Shown: in pieces, positions 31,285 through 43,017 of the stretch | Position numbering within the stretch: position 1 is the stretch's first letter | Layout of the letters: every line of letters begins with the position of its first letter | Notes under the pieces: model-generated | What the model was told of the DNA's origin: nothing | The model's database searches: none | Seen by the model: the letters and a program-made list of their open reading frames with translations, nothing else | Assembly (NCBI GenBank): GCA_002700365.1 | Contig: PADB01000010.1 | Location: 268,591 to 332,590 of the forward strand | Length of the DNA stretch: 64,000 nucleotides | Direction of reading: 5' to 3' | Source: Kordiimonas sp. | GTDB lineage: Bacteria; Pseudomonadota; Alphaproteobacteria; Sphingomonadales; Emcibacteraceae | Position numbers and translations under genes: made by a program

Positions 31285-31767
31285 TTAAAGTTGTGACAGG
31301 ATATACTCAGCCGCAGATACCTTAAATTCACCTGGTGCCTCAACATTTAATGTCGTGACAATACCATTCTCAACGATCATTGCAAAACGTTGTCCACGTT
31401 GTCCCATCCCGAAACCGCTGGCATCAAAATCCAGTCCCAGAGCTTTCACAAAATCGCCATTGCCATCTGCCAGCAAGCGCACCTTATCCGTGCTCCCTTG
31501 TGATGCACCCCATGCCCCCATCACAAAGGCGTCATTTACCGCAGTGCAGACAATATCATCCACACCCTTTGCCAGAATGGCATCCGCCTGCTCAATATAA
31601 CCCGGGAGGTGTTTTGCAGAACATGTAGGGGTAAAAGCCCCCGGCACCGAAAACAACACGACTTTCTTACCGCTAAAAACATCTGCTGTTGTACGCGCCT
31701 GTGGACCGTCATCGGTCATTTCCATAAACTTCGTGTCGGGCAAAGCTGCCCCGATATTAATTGCCAT
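31285..31767 (-). CDS. Peroxiredoxin, Prx5/PrxD type
   Basis: VPGAFTPTCS active site; 160 aa. Confidence 0.9.
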   Translation of the reverse strand: MAINIGAALPDTKFMEMTDDGPQARTTADVFSGKKVVLFSVPGAFTPTCSAKHLPGYIEQADAILAKGVDDIVCTAVNDAFVMGAWGASQGSTDKVRLLADGNGDFVKALGLDFDASGFGMGQRGQRFAMIVENGIVTTLNVEAPGEFKVSAAEYILSQL

Positions 31768-31924
31768 TTTCCCTGCTCCCTGATTGTGGTTTAAGATGAC
31801 CTATATGTAAGTACTGTTTTGCTATTTTGTAGACCTTACGCGGCCCCAACTTAAGGCCGCATCATATTGCATTGTCTCTCCACCTCAGGCCACCCACACC
31901 TTCCATCAATCACACGCAATCCCT

Positions 31925-32848
31925 TTAAGGTTCAACGACCACCACCGTTTCAATGGCCTGACCTCTCCCCGGAATATATGTGAGCCTGACGTTTTGGCCA
32001 TTCAATGTCAGCGTCTCATCATCCAGCTGATAATAAATATCAAAAAATAAACGCCCGCCCTCTGTCACGGCCGGTTGCGGCACTGAAAAAGTTACCCCCT
32101 CCGGACCTTCTATTAATACTGTCGTTTCCTTCTGAACTGGTGTGTTATTTGTAACAGATAGCCGTAACTTTCCAGCCTCGACATGACGCAATTTGAAGAA
32201 AGGCTGTGTATTAGTGTCATGGACACGGGGTAATAACGACTGATAATGCGCATATAAAACGGCCTCATCCGAATTAATCTGCGTGCCGGCCAGTGGCGGG
32301 ACTGTCAATTGGTGACGCGCTTGTAATGGCACACAGATGTCTTTACACACCATATATTCAATTCCCAAATCCAGCACGGTCGGCCGTCCCACATCATCCA
32401 GCCGCAACGTCATAGGCAGCACAACCTCATAGGTGTAAACATAGGTTTCCATGCCAAAAATGCTGTATTTTTCTGGTGTAGGCCAAAATAGTTCGACTTC
32501 CTGAACGTTAGACATCTCATTCCAGGACCAGCGGGGCGGCAGCCCTGCATCACCCGGTGATCGCCAATATGTTTTCCACCCCGGCGTTAATCGTACGTGC
32601 CATCCTAAATATAATTCCTGTCGTTCACGGTCATATCCCCCCAAAATCAATCGTGTCTGGGCATAATCATTATTGTCCCACTGACTGGCCGCCATAGCGG
32701 GGGCGGTAAGACAACATGCGATAAGGCAACATAAAGACAGAAAAATGCCATAGCCTCGCAGAACGCAAAGTCTTTCGCTGATATGACGGGGCACCATTTC
32801 GAATTTCAAAATCATATAAGCTATTGAAAAGAATAACACTTTCATCAC
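31925..32848 (-). CDS. DsbD N-terminal-domain-like (COG4233) periplasmic thiol-disulfide protein
   Basis: WHVRLTPGWKTYWRSPGDAGLPP and VCKDICVP motifs. The start is uncertain (GTG 32848, ATG 32845 or ATG 32797). Confidence 0.7.
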   Translation of the reverse strand: MMKVLFFSIAYMILKFEMVPRHISERLCVLRGYGIFLSLCCLIACCLTAPAMAASQWDNNDYAQTRLILGGYDRERQELYLGWHVRLTPGWKTYWRSPGDAGLPPRWSWNEMSNVQEVELFWPTPEKYSIFGMETYVYTYEVVLPMTLRLDDVGRPTVLDLGIEYMVCKDICVPLQARHQLTVPPLAGTQINSDEAVLYAHYQSLLPRVHDTNTQPFFKLRHVEAGKLRLSVTNNTPVQKETTVLIEGPEGVTFSVPQPAVTEGGRLFFDIYYQLDDETLTLNGQNVRLTYIPGRGQAIETVVVVEP

Positions 32849-33022
32849 ATAATATACCCACCAGGATAACAGCTAACAGGTTTTATTTACATTCTGCTCT
32901 ATCGAAGCTGCTTTTGACCGTGTATAATCGTAATCAATAATGTGGCCGTGGTCGATCATCAAAATCATGCCTTCTTATGGCCCCGCGCCTCATAGAGCCT
33001 ATTGTACAAAACTGGAGATATT

Positions 33023-33592
33023 GTGACCAAAGACGGTTACTTAGAAGGTCAATTGCTTCTTGCTATGCCCGGCATGGCAGACCCCCGATTTGACAGGGCC
33101 CTCATTTACCTCTGCTCTCACTCCGAAGAAGGGGCTATGGGGCTTGTAATAAATCAAGCCGCAGATAACATTAATTTTGAGCAATTAATGGAACAATTGG
33201 AAATTGATCTTCCTCATCCCCACCCCACACTGGATATTCCAATTCATGCAGGTGGGCCTGTGGAATTAGGACGCGGCTTTGTACTGCATTCAGCCGACTG
33301 GGCCCAGGAATCCACCCTTGTCATTAGCGAAACACTCGCTCTGACGGCAACGATAGATATTCTGAAAGCCATCGCACGTGGAGCAGGGCCGGTTAATTAT
33401 CTGCTGGCTTTAGGCTACGCGGGTTGGGGGGCAGGGCAGTTAGAAGAAGAGCTACAACAAAATAGCTGGCTTAATGCCGAAGCAGATGAAGAACTCATTT
33501 TTCGCACAGAGCTAGACATGAAATGGCCCCGGGCGATGACAAAACTTGGGATTGACTTATCTATGCTGTCTTCTCTGTCAGGCCATGCTTAG
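33023..33592 (+). CDS. YqgE/AlgH-family (UPF0301) protein
   Basis: LLLAMPGMADPRFDRALIYLCSHSEEGAMGLVIN. GTG 33023 lies 5 nt after GGAGAT. Confidence 0.85.
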   Translation: MTKDGYLEGQLLLAMPGMADPRFDRALIYLCSHSEEGAMGLVINQAADNINFEQLMEQLEIDLPHPHPTLDIPIHAGGPVELGRGFVLHSADWAQESTLVISETLALTATIDILKAIARGAGPVNYLLALGYAGWGAGQLEEELQQNSWLNAEADEELIFRTELDMKWPRAMTKLGIDLSMLSSLSGHA

Positions 33593-33604
33593 GCCCACAA
33601 CAGT

Positions 33605-34867
33605 TTAATCTCTCCCAAAGCGCGAAGCCAGACGATCCACTGTATCCATATGTGCCAAAGGCCCCACTGCGGCCACAGTAGGCCGTGATGCCAGCATGCG
33701 GTCTACGGCGCGAACAATGGCCGTTCGATCTACCGCTTCAATAGCCGTCACTAATTCGGCAATTGGCACTTCACGATTAAAAATCAGAAACTGCCTCCCT
33801 AATTGATCCATCCGTGACGTACTGCTTTCCATTGACATTAAAATTCCGGCTTTGATCTGCGCAGCAGCGCGGCGGATTTCTTCATCTGTAACCTTTGTCG
33901 CCAGCCCCAATAATTCATCGGCAATCACTGGCAATAATTCCGTTACCTGATCCGGGCCAGTACCTGCATGTATTCCGAATACACCATCATCCACATAGGA
34001 CGCCGCAAATGAATAAATCGAATAAACAAGCCCTCTTTTCTCCCGAACCTCCTGAAAAAGCCGCGATGACATACCGCCACCTAACAACATAGAAAGAACC
34101 TGATACGTATAATAATCAGGATCATGGTACGTCACACCACGGAACCCTAACACGACATTGACCTGTTCCAGATCTTTCTCCAGACACAAATCACCCCCTA
34201 TATATGATGCTGGCTCCATCGTCAGATTACGAGAGCCCGGCAAAGACCGGAACTGGCGATCGATCATTTCTACAAAGTAATCATGGTCCACCGCGCCAAC
34301 CGCCACTGCGACCATATTCTCTGCCGCGTAATTTTGCTGCATATAGTTTTGTAATGTATCGCGTTGGAAACGACGTACCCTCTCCCGCGTCCCCAGTATG
34401 CTTCGCCCTAATGCCTGCCCAGGAAAGGCCGCTTCCTGCATCATATCCAGTACCAGATCATCCGGCGTGTCATTAGCCTGACCAATTTCCTGCAAAATAA
34501 CGGAACGTTCCCGCTCTAATTCTTCTGATGAAAAGGCAGAATGCTGTAAAATATCGGCCAGGACATCAATACCCAGTCCCAGATCCTCTTTCAGCAAGCG
34601 GACATAATATGTCGTGTGTTCCCGGGATGTATAGGCATTCAGATAACCACCAACGTCTTCTACTTCTTCCACAATATCCAAGGCACTACGCCGCTCAGTC
34701 CCCTTGAACGCCATATGCTCCAGCATATGGGAAATCCCATTCAGTTCTTCCGTTTCATGGCGCGAACCCACGTCCGCCCAAAGCCCGACCGTGACCGTTT
34801 CCAAATGGGGCATTTCTTCTGTCACAATCCGCAGGCCATTTGCCAACGTTGTGGTACGGACAGCCAT
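33605..34867 (-). CDS. M16-family zinc metallopeptidase (mitochondrial-processing-peptidase-like)
   Basis: Inverted zinc motif HMLEHMAFKGT; 420 aa. Confidence 0.9.
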   Translation of the reverse strand: MAVRTTTLANGLRIVTEEMPHLETVTVGLWADVGSRHETEELNGISHMLEHMAFKGTERRSALDIVEEVEDVGGYLNAYTSREHTTYYVRLLKEDLGLGIDVLADILQHSAFSSEELERERSVILQEIGQANDTPDDLVLDMMQEAAFPGQALGRSILGTRERVRRFQRDTLQNYMQQNYAAENMVAVAVGAVDHDYFVEMIDRQFRSLPGSRNLTMEPASYIGGDLCLEKDLEQVNVVLGFRGVTYHDPDYYTYQVLSMLLGGGMSSRLFQEVREKRGLVYSIYSFAASYVDDGVFGIHAGTGPDQVTELLPVIADELLGLATKVTDEEIRRAAAQIKAGILMSMESSTSRMDQLGRQFLIFNREVPIAELVTAIEAVDRTAIVRAVDRMLASRPTVAAVGPLAHMDTVDRLASRFGRD

Positions 34868-34869
34868 AT

Positions 34870-36264
34870 TTATGATTGGTCCCGTATATAATCTTGTATG
34901 GCCGACAGGTCATTCGGCAGGACCGTATACTTCTCTTCGCGTTCATACAAATCATGTAAATGCTTTGGCAATGCCGGATGCACACCAGTTGCTTTTTCCA
35001 CTGCATCAGGGAATTTGGCCGGATGTGCTGTGCTTAACGTGACCATCGGCGTTGATGTGTTTTGCCAACGGGCCCGCGCCGCACCGATACCAATAGCGGT
35101 GTGTGTATCGATCAATCGCCCTGTGTCGCCATAAAACTCACGCACCAGGCCCATTGTTTCTTCTTCATTGATCCGATGGGCTGAAAACATCTGCTTTGCC
35201 ACATCCAGCCGTGCAGCATCAATCGCGACCTGACCATTGGCCGCAAATTCGTCCATGACAGATTTCAGCATGGCCCCGTCTTCGCCGTAAACGTTGAACA
35301 GGAATCGTTCAAAATTGCTGGAAATCTGGATATCCATGCTGGGGCTGATGGTATGATACACTTGGCCTAGTTTATATTCATTGGTTTCAAAGGCCCGTGT
35401 CAGAATATCATTCATATTGGTAGCAATCACCAGCTGTTCTACGGGCAGCCCCATACGGGATGCCATAAAGCCAGCGTAAATATCACCGAAATTTCCTGTC
35501 GGCACAGAAAATGCCAATTTACGATAAGGGGCACCTAACGCCACCCCGGCATAGAAATAATAGACGATCTGCGCCATAACACGGGCCCAGTTAATGGAAT
35601 TAACGGCCGATAATTTCATGGCATCACGGAAAGGGAGGTCGTTAAACATGGCCTTGACCATGTTCTGACAATCATCAAACGTGCCTTCAACGGCAATATT
35701 ATAGACGTTATCAGACAGAATCGTGGTCATTTGCCGCCGCTGCACTTCCGACACTTTTCCTTTCGGGTGCAACATAAAAATGCGGGCGCACTCACGGTCT
35801 CTCACGCCTTCAATCGCCGCAGAGCCGGTATCGCCGGACGTCGCCCCGACAATCGTCACCTGTTCGCCACGTTTTGTCAGGCTGTGATCAAACAGGCGTC
35901 CCAACAATTGCAGCGCAACGTCTTTAAAAGCCAGAGTCGGACCATGATAGAGTTCCAGCAGCCATTCATTGCTGCCAAACTGGCTCAATGGTGTCACCGC
36001 CGCGTGGTCAAACTGCGCATAGGCATCTTCGACCATTTCACGCAGATCCGCTTCATCAATATCCGGGGCCACAAACGGGGCCATAACCTTAACCGCCGTA
36101 TCCACATAGGACAGGCCTGACATGGCCGCAATTTCATCTGCGCCGAAGGTGGGTAATTGTTTCGGCACATATAACCCCCCGTCCCGGGCCAATCCGGTCA
36201 GCAATACATCCTCGAAACCCAAATCCGGGGCTTGTCCCCGTGTACTTTGATACAGCACGTTCAC
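34870..36264 (-). CDS. thrC: Threonine synthase
   Basis: GPTLAFKD PLP-lysine motif and SGDTGSAA; 464 aa. Confidence 0.95.
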   Translation of the reverse strand: MNVLYQSTRGQAPDLGFEDVLLTGLARDGGLYVPKQLPTFGADEIAAMSGLSYVDTAVKVMAPFVAPDIDEADLREMVEDAYAQFDHAAVTPLSQFGSNEWLLELYHGPTLAFKDVALQLLGRLFDHSLTKRGEQVTIVGATSGDTGSAAIEGVRDRECARIFMLHPKGKVSEVQRRQMTTILSDNVYNIAVEGTFDDCQNMVKAMFNDLPFRDAMKLSAVNSINWARVMAQIVYYFYAGVALGAPYRKLAFSVPTGNFGDIYAGFMASRMGLPVEQLVIATNMNDILTRAFETNEYKLGQVYHTISPSMDIQISSNFERFLFNVYGEDGAMLKSVMDEFAANGQVAIDAARLDVAKQMFSAHRINEEETMGLVREFYGDTGRLIDTHTAIGIGAARARWQNTSTPMVTLSTAHPAKFPDAVEKATGVHPALPKHLHDLYEREEKYTVLPNDLSAIQDYIRDQS

Positions 36265-36377
36265 TATCCTGTTAAAATAAATACGACCGCCTCAGCACAA
36301 GGCCGACTCATTCAAAAATTGCGCAAAGACTACCATTTCACTCCGAAGGCGCAACATTTTACTGTCTCCCCACCGAC

Positions 36378-37124
36378 CTAATCTTCTGACTTGCTCTGAC
36401 GATATTGCCGGCGCAGAAAAATTCCGTAAATAATGGCCAGTACAGTAGCCATGCTAAACCAAGTAAAGACGTAGGCCAGATGATTATTCACCACCTCAAT
36501 GCGGGCTGGTACGGGCTGGGCATCGCCGCCCCCTGCGGGCGTTGTCGCATAAACAAATGCCGGGCTGACCGGATCCAGCCCCGCCGCCATCGCCATACCC
36601 TGCAAATCCGGATAATACCAGTCATTAGTGGACGGGCTATTTTCCGCTCCCATAGGAATTTTCTGTTGTGACAAACGCACAATGCCTTCAAAAGATACAG
36701 TTTCTGTCGTCAATTGTTCAGCGCGACTTGTGATGTGTCTTTGACGACGATCCACCCAACCGCGATTCACCAGCACAGCAGGTCCATCCCCCCGCATTAA
36801 TGGTGCAAAAATAAAATAACCTGCCTTACCCGTGCCCGGTTGAATACCGAACAAATGTAATTCGCGGCTGTGGTCAAACCGCCCTGCCAGTACTACTTTG
36901 CGATATTCCCAATCCGCCAGATCGTCAATGGCCACAGGCAGGGCCACCGGGGTGGCGTCCAGACGCGCATCCATACGGGCAATAACATCCTCTTTCCAGG
37001 CCAGTCTCTGGATTTGCCATGTGCCCAAGGCGCACATCACCACAATGGCGGGCACCGTAAAGATCGTGGCAATCCAAAAGAACCGCCGAAAGCTTTCATG
37101 CTGCTGTGCTATGTCGTCAGCCAT
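36378..37124 (-). CDS. SURF1-family cytochrome oxidase assembly protein
   Basis: LGTWQIQRLAWKEDVI motif, two terminal TM helices, and its position in the cox cluster. Confidence 0.85.
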   Translation of the reverse strand: MADDIAQQHESFRRFFWIATIFTVPAIVVMCALGTWQIQRLAWKEDVIARMDARLDATPVALPVAIDDLADWEYRKVVLAGRFDHSRELHLFGIQPGTGKAGYFIFAPLMRGDGPAVLVNRGWVDRRQRHITSRAEQLTTETVSFEGIVRLSQQKIPMGAENSPSTNDWYYPDLQGMAMAAGLDPVSPAFVYATTPAGGGDAQPVPARIEVVNNHLAYVFTWFSMATVLAIIYGIFLRRQYRQSKSED

Positions 37125-37500
37125 CTTTCAACCGGCCTTCTTCGGCCTGATGTGTATATTGTAACGCTACAAACAGCCCTTTGACCGGGCGTAACAAAGC
37201 AACAGACAAAACAACTGTCAGCGGGATCCACATCAACATATGCAGCCATAACGGCGGGCCATAGGAAAACTCCACCCACAATACCAAGCCGATGACAATA
37301 AAGCTTACAATGGTCATCACAAAAAAGGCGGGGCCATCTGCCGCGTCCAATGGGCCATAATCCAGACCACATTCAGGACAGTGGTTTTTCAACTGCAAAA
37401 AACCGCTGTATATCCGCGTCTGTCCACAACGAGGACAAAGACAACCCAGTCCCGCCCGAAAAGGCGACACTGGGTTATATTTTACATTATCAATAGACAA
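37117..37500 (-). CDS. DUF983 membrane protein
   Basis: Zinc-ribbon CPRCG...CPECG followed by two TM helices. TTG start; 8-nt overlap with SURF1. Confidence 0.75.
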   Translation of the reverse strand: MSIDNVKYNPVSPFRAGLGCLCPRCGQTRIYSGFLQLKNHCPECGLDYGPLDAADGPAFFVMTIVSFIVIGLVLWVEFSYGPPLWLHMLMWIPLTVVLSVALLRPVKGLFVALQYTHQAEEGRLKDG

Positions 37501-37538
37501 ATTGTCTCTCTATGTACCGGCAATCAGCAGGCAATCCT

Positions 37539-38357
37539 TTAATGGGCAACCCCTGCCGCGTCGCCAGCACCCAGAACATAGATACTCACAAACAGGAATA
37601 ACCACACCACATCAACGAAATGCCAATACCAAGCCGCCGCTTCAAAGCCAAAATGATGATCTGGTTTGAAATGGCCTTTCAGACCGCGAATTAAACAGAT
37701 CGCTAGAAAAATGGTGCCGATCAAAACATGGGCACCGTGAAAACCGGTCGCCATGTAGAATGTGGAGCTATAGATGCCATCGGCAAAACCGAATGTGGCA
37801 TGCCCGTATTCATAAATCTGAATACCCGTAAAGCTAGCCCCCAGCAAAATCGTCAGCACCAGGCCTTGAATAAAGCCCTTACGGTTACCTTCCTGCAGCG
37901 CATGGTGTGCCCATGTCACTGTGGTGCCTGACAGCAGCAGGATCAATGTGTTAATCAATGGCAAATGCCATGGATCCAATGTCGCCACACCTTCCGGTGG
38001 CCACACACTACCTATTGCTTCTGTGGGGAAGATACTGGCGTTGAAGTAAGACCAGAACCAGGCAAAGAAGAACATCACTTCGGAAATGATGAACATGAAC
38101 ATGCCATAACGCAGGCCTAACTGCACAACCGGCGTGTGGTCACCTTTGTGTTCACCTTCGTTCACCACGTCGCTCCACCAGCCATACATGGTGTAAAGCA
38201 CCAGCAACGTACCAACAACAAAGACAGCAACCATATCATAGTGCATCCAGAAGATACCACCGAGTGCCATCGTCAGCGCCCCTAAGGAGCCAAGTACCGG
38301 CCACGGACTGGGGTCAATAATATGATAATCATGATCCTTGGCATGTGCGTCAGCCAT
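37539..38357 (-). CDS. ctaE: Cytochrome c oxidase subunit III
   Basis: [18 protein letters not shown] and [10 protein letters not shown] motifs. ATG 38357 follows AAAGGGA. Confidence 0.95.
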   Translation of the reverse strand: MADAHAKDHDYHIIDPSPWPVLGSLGALTMALGGIFWMHYDMVAVFVVGTLLVLYTMYGWWSDVVNEGEHKGDHTPVVQLGLRYGMFMFIISEVMFFFAWFWSYFNASIFPTEAIGSVWPPEGVATLDPWHLPLINTLILLLSGTTVTWAHHALQEGNRKGFIQGLVLTILLGASFTGIQIYEYGHATFGFADGIYSSTFYMATGFHGAHVLIGTIFLAICLIRGLKGHFKPDHHFGFEAAAWYWHFVDVVWLFLFVSIYVLGAGDAAGVAH

Positions 38358-38452
38358 GTGTGATCCCTTTCTTACATTCAATATTTCTTTTCAAACCAGC
38401 AGTCGCCTTCAGGCTTCCTAACTAATATCTGGCCCTCAAAACACTTAAACTC

Positions 38453-39031
38453 TTACTCGTCATCCTTCATAGGGAAGAATGTATAGGACAATGTAATCTC
38501 TGTCACTTCATCCAAATGTTCATCTTCCGCAATTTCAGGGTCAACAAAAAATGTTACCGGCATGTCGATGGACTGTCCGGGTTGTAATGTCTGCTCTGTA
38601 AAACAAAAACATTCGATCTTGGTAAAATACTGTCCAGCTTTATGCGGGGTGACATTGAATGTTGCCGTCCCGGTTACCGGTTTATCCGAATTATTCACCG
38701 CCTTGTAAAATGCCAGCCCTTCTTCCCCCACCTTCACCGTAACATCACGTTGCACAGGTTTGAAATACCACGGCAGTCCCCGGGCGATATCCGCATTGAA
38801 ACGTACTGTCATCGTCCGGTCTAATACGGCCGGAAGGTGACCGTCTTCGGCGATATATTGTTGTGTCGTCCCGCCATAACCTGTGACCTGACAAAACAGG
38901 CGATACAATGGCACAGACGCCACCACCAAACCGATCATAGCGGCGATCACCAATAATAAAGTGACCACGGTTTTTTTATGGCTGACCATCACAACGCCGG
39001 GGGTCGAATATGCATCTATATTCTGTGTCAT
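38453..39031 (-). CDS. ctaG: Cytochrome c oxidase assembly protein CtaG/Cox11
   Basis: TM anchor and a copper-site CFCF motif (KIECFCFTEQ). Confidence 0.9.
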   Translation of the reverse strand: MTQNIDAYSTPGVVMVSHKKTVVTLLLVIAAMIGLVVASVPLYRLFCQVTGYGGTTQQYIAEDGHLPAVLDRTMTVRFNADIARGLPWYFKPVQRDVTVKVGEEGLAFYKAVNNSDKPVTGTATFNVTPHKAGQYFTKIECFCFTEQTLQPGQSIDMPVTFFVDPEIAEDEHLDEVTEITLSYTFFPMKDDE

Positions 39032-39037
39032 ACAGCC

Positions 39038-39157
39038 TTAGATCACATTAAACTTCGCAAGGGACACAATAAAAATCAGGGCAACAAAGCCTGCCAGCGC
39101 CAACGCCAGGGCATAATTACGTCCTGCCCGCTTTTTATGTTCTTCACTTAACGGCAT
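39038..39157 (-). CDS. 39-aa single-TM small protein between ctaB and ctaG (not in the ORF track)
   Basis: MPLSEEHKKRAGRNYALALALAGFVALIFIVSLAKFNVI. Its ATG shares one nt with the ctaB stop (TAATG), and its stop lies 6 nt before the ctaG ATG. Confidence 0.55.
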   Translation of the reverse strand: MPLSEEHKKRAGRNYALALALAGFVALIFIVSLAKFNVI

Positions 39158-40089
39158 TACAATACCTTCCCGATCAAGGCCTCTGTGCCCATCACCGCAA
39201 ACAATACAAACAGATACAGGATAGAAAAGAAAAACATCTTCCGCGCAGATTGCTCATCTTTGTTCTTCAGCAGCAAGATTGCCTTAAGCAAAAATAAGCC
39301 ACCCAAACCAGCGGCCGTCACACCATAAACCACGCCGGCAAACCCCATCCACCATGGCAAAAGAGAAAGCGGCACAGTCAGAATTGTATACAGCATGATC
39401 TGTCTGCGGGTTTCCGCTTTACCTGCTACAACAGGCAGCATCGGCACGCCTGCTTTCTCATAATCATGCGCCGCAAAAAGTGACAATGCCCAGAAATGCG
39501 CGGGCTGCCAGGCAAAAATAATCCCGAACAGTACTAATGATTCAATCCCGACTTCACCCGTCACTGCGGCCCAACCAATCATCGGCGGCAAAGCCCCTGC
39601 GGCCCCGCCAATAACTGTATTATGGACCGTGCGCCGCTTTAGCCACATGGTGTACACAAAAACATAGAACCCGATGGTAAAAGCTAATAATGCAGCCGCC
39701 GTGACATTAATCATCAACCCCATCAACGTCACTGACGTCACGGATAAGACAACACCAAACGTCAATGCGGTCTCACGACGCATGCGCCCAGCGGGGATCG
39801 GACGGCTTTGCGTTCTTTTCATCACCGCATCAATATCCGCGTCATACCACATGTTAAGACAGCCTGACGCCCCTGCGCCAACCGCGATGCATAACAATGC
39901 CGTAAACGCCAGTACAGGATGTAATTGTCCCGGCGCCAGCAACAAACCTACCGCGGCCGTAAAAATAACCAGCGACATCAAACGCGGTTTTAACAGCGTC
40001 CAAAAATCTTTGGCCGTAGGTTCTACCACCTCAATCTGGCTTAACGATGCCGTTGACTGATCCATGGTTGATGACATTATTTTTGACAC
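39157..40089 (-). CDS. ctaB: Protoheme IX farnesyltransferase (heme O synthase)
   Basis: UbiA-superfamily motifs NMWYDADIDAVMKRTQSRP; multi-TM. Confidence 0.95.
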   Translation of the reverse strand: MSKIMSSTMDQSTASLSQIEVVEPTAKDFWTLLKPRLMSLVIFTAAVGLLLAPGQLHPVLAFTALLCIAVGAGASGCLNMWYDADIDAVMKRTQSRPIPAGRMRRETALTFGVVLSVTSVTLMGLMINVTAAALLAFTIGFYVFVYTMWLKRRTVHNTVIGGAAGALPPMIGWAAVTGEVGIESLVLFGIIFAWQPAHFWALSLFAAHDYEKAGVPMLPVVAGKAETRRQIMLYTILTVPLSLLPWWMGFAGVVYGVTAAGLGGLFLLKAILLLKNKDEQSARKMFFFSILYLFVLFAVMGTEALIGKVL

Positions 40090-40189
40090 GGGACTTACGC
40101 CTTAACTTCTTGAAAAATAAAAATACTGCAACCTAATGCAAGTATATGAGACCGGGCTAATAAGGCCCGGTCCCTATGACGTGTAACCG

Positions 40190-41812
<1,623 letters not shown>

Positions 41813-41826
41813 CTATACTCTCCCCT

Positions 41827-42681
41827 CTACTGAGATACTGCCACCGCAGCGAGTTGCTGCGGCGCATTATCATTTGAGGCATATTCTTCTTTGGCTTGTT
41901 CAACCCATTGTGCGAATTCTTCTTCGGAAACAACCCGCACAGCTATAGGCATAAAGGCATGGCGCACGCCGCACAGTTCAGAACACTGCCCGTAATACAC
42001 GCCTTCTTTTGTTGCTTTAAACCATGTTTCATTAATACGGCCAGGAACCGCATCAATCTTCACGCCGAAGGAAGGGATTGTCCATGAATGGATCACATCA
42101 GCCGCAGTGACCAGCAAACGCACAGTTTTATTTACAGGCACAACAACTTGCGTATCTGTTGCCAGCAGCCGGGGCTCATTACGTTCTGCTGCTTCTTCAT
42201 CCGTTAGCATAATCGAATCAAAAGCAAAGTCGCCATGGTCCGGATATTCATATGACCAATACCACTGACTACCAATCGCCTTGATCGTCATATCAGATTC
42301 CGGCACGACATCCTGGAAATACAACAACCGCATAGATGGCACGGCAATCGCGACCAAAATCAGGACCGGCACGGCCGTCCAAACAACTTCCAGCAAAGTA
42401 TTATGTGTGGTTTTTGAAGGGGTAGGATTAGCCCGCTTGTTAAACCGAATAAAGACATAAGCCAACAAAGCTGTCACAAAGATTGTGATAATCGTAATGA
42501 TGATAAATAGAAGATTATGGAATTCCATAGTTGCTTCCATTGTGGGTGTCACAGCATCCTGAAACCAGAGCTGATTCTCCACAGGCTGCCCCGCTACTGC
42601 CAAAGCAACAGACGGAAATGCAACGACTGTGAAGCCCAACACCGCTAAAGCGGCCAAAGCTTTTCTGAACGTCATGTTCAA
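41827..42681 (-). CDS. ctaC: Cytochrome c oxidase subunit II
   Basis: CuA site DVIHSW...CSELCGVRHAFM, signal peptide, two TM helices. Confidence 0.95.
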   Translation of the reverse strand: MNMTFRKALAALAVLGFTVVAFPSVALAVAGQPVENQLWFQDAVTPTMEATMEFHNLLFIIITIITIFVTALLAYVFIRFNKRANPTPSKTTHNTLLEVVWTAVPVLILVAIAVPSMRLLYFQDVVPESDMTIKAIGSQWYWSYEYPDHGDFAFDSIMLTDEEAAERNEPRLLATDTQVVVPVNKTVRLLVTAADVIHSWTIPSFGVKIDAVPGRINETWFKATKEGVYYGQCSELCGVRHAFMPIAVRVVSEEEFAQWVEQAKEEYASNDNAPQQLAAVAVSQ

Positions 42682-43017
42682 GACTACCCCTCAGTAGTTA
42701 TGTATAATTCTGTGCCACGATTATAATGCGGCGTATCTAACTTTATAACTGCGATGGAGCTTATTTCGCCACACCGCGCCCTCTTATACCAAAAAAATAT
42801 CCGGCGACAAGAGGAACACAATTGGAATTCTTCACTAAAAACCCCATATCAGTTATCTATAACACTAACCACCTGCCCTTTTTAAGCAGAATTTGATATT
42901 AAACGTCCTTATAAGTCAGATAGTCGCACAACCCGTTTAGCGGCCACCACATTGCACAAAGGGTAACCCCCTTTATGCTACTGTACTACAGTGTCGCAAA
43001 TATAAAGGCTTTTGCCC

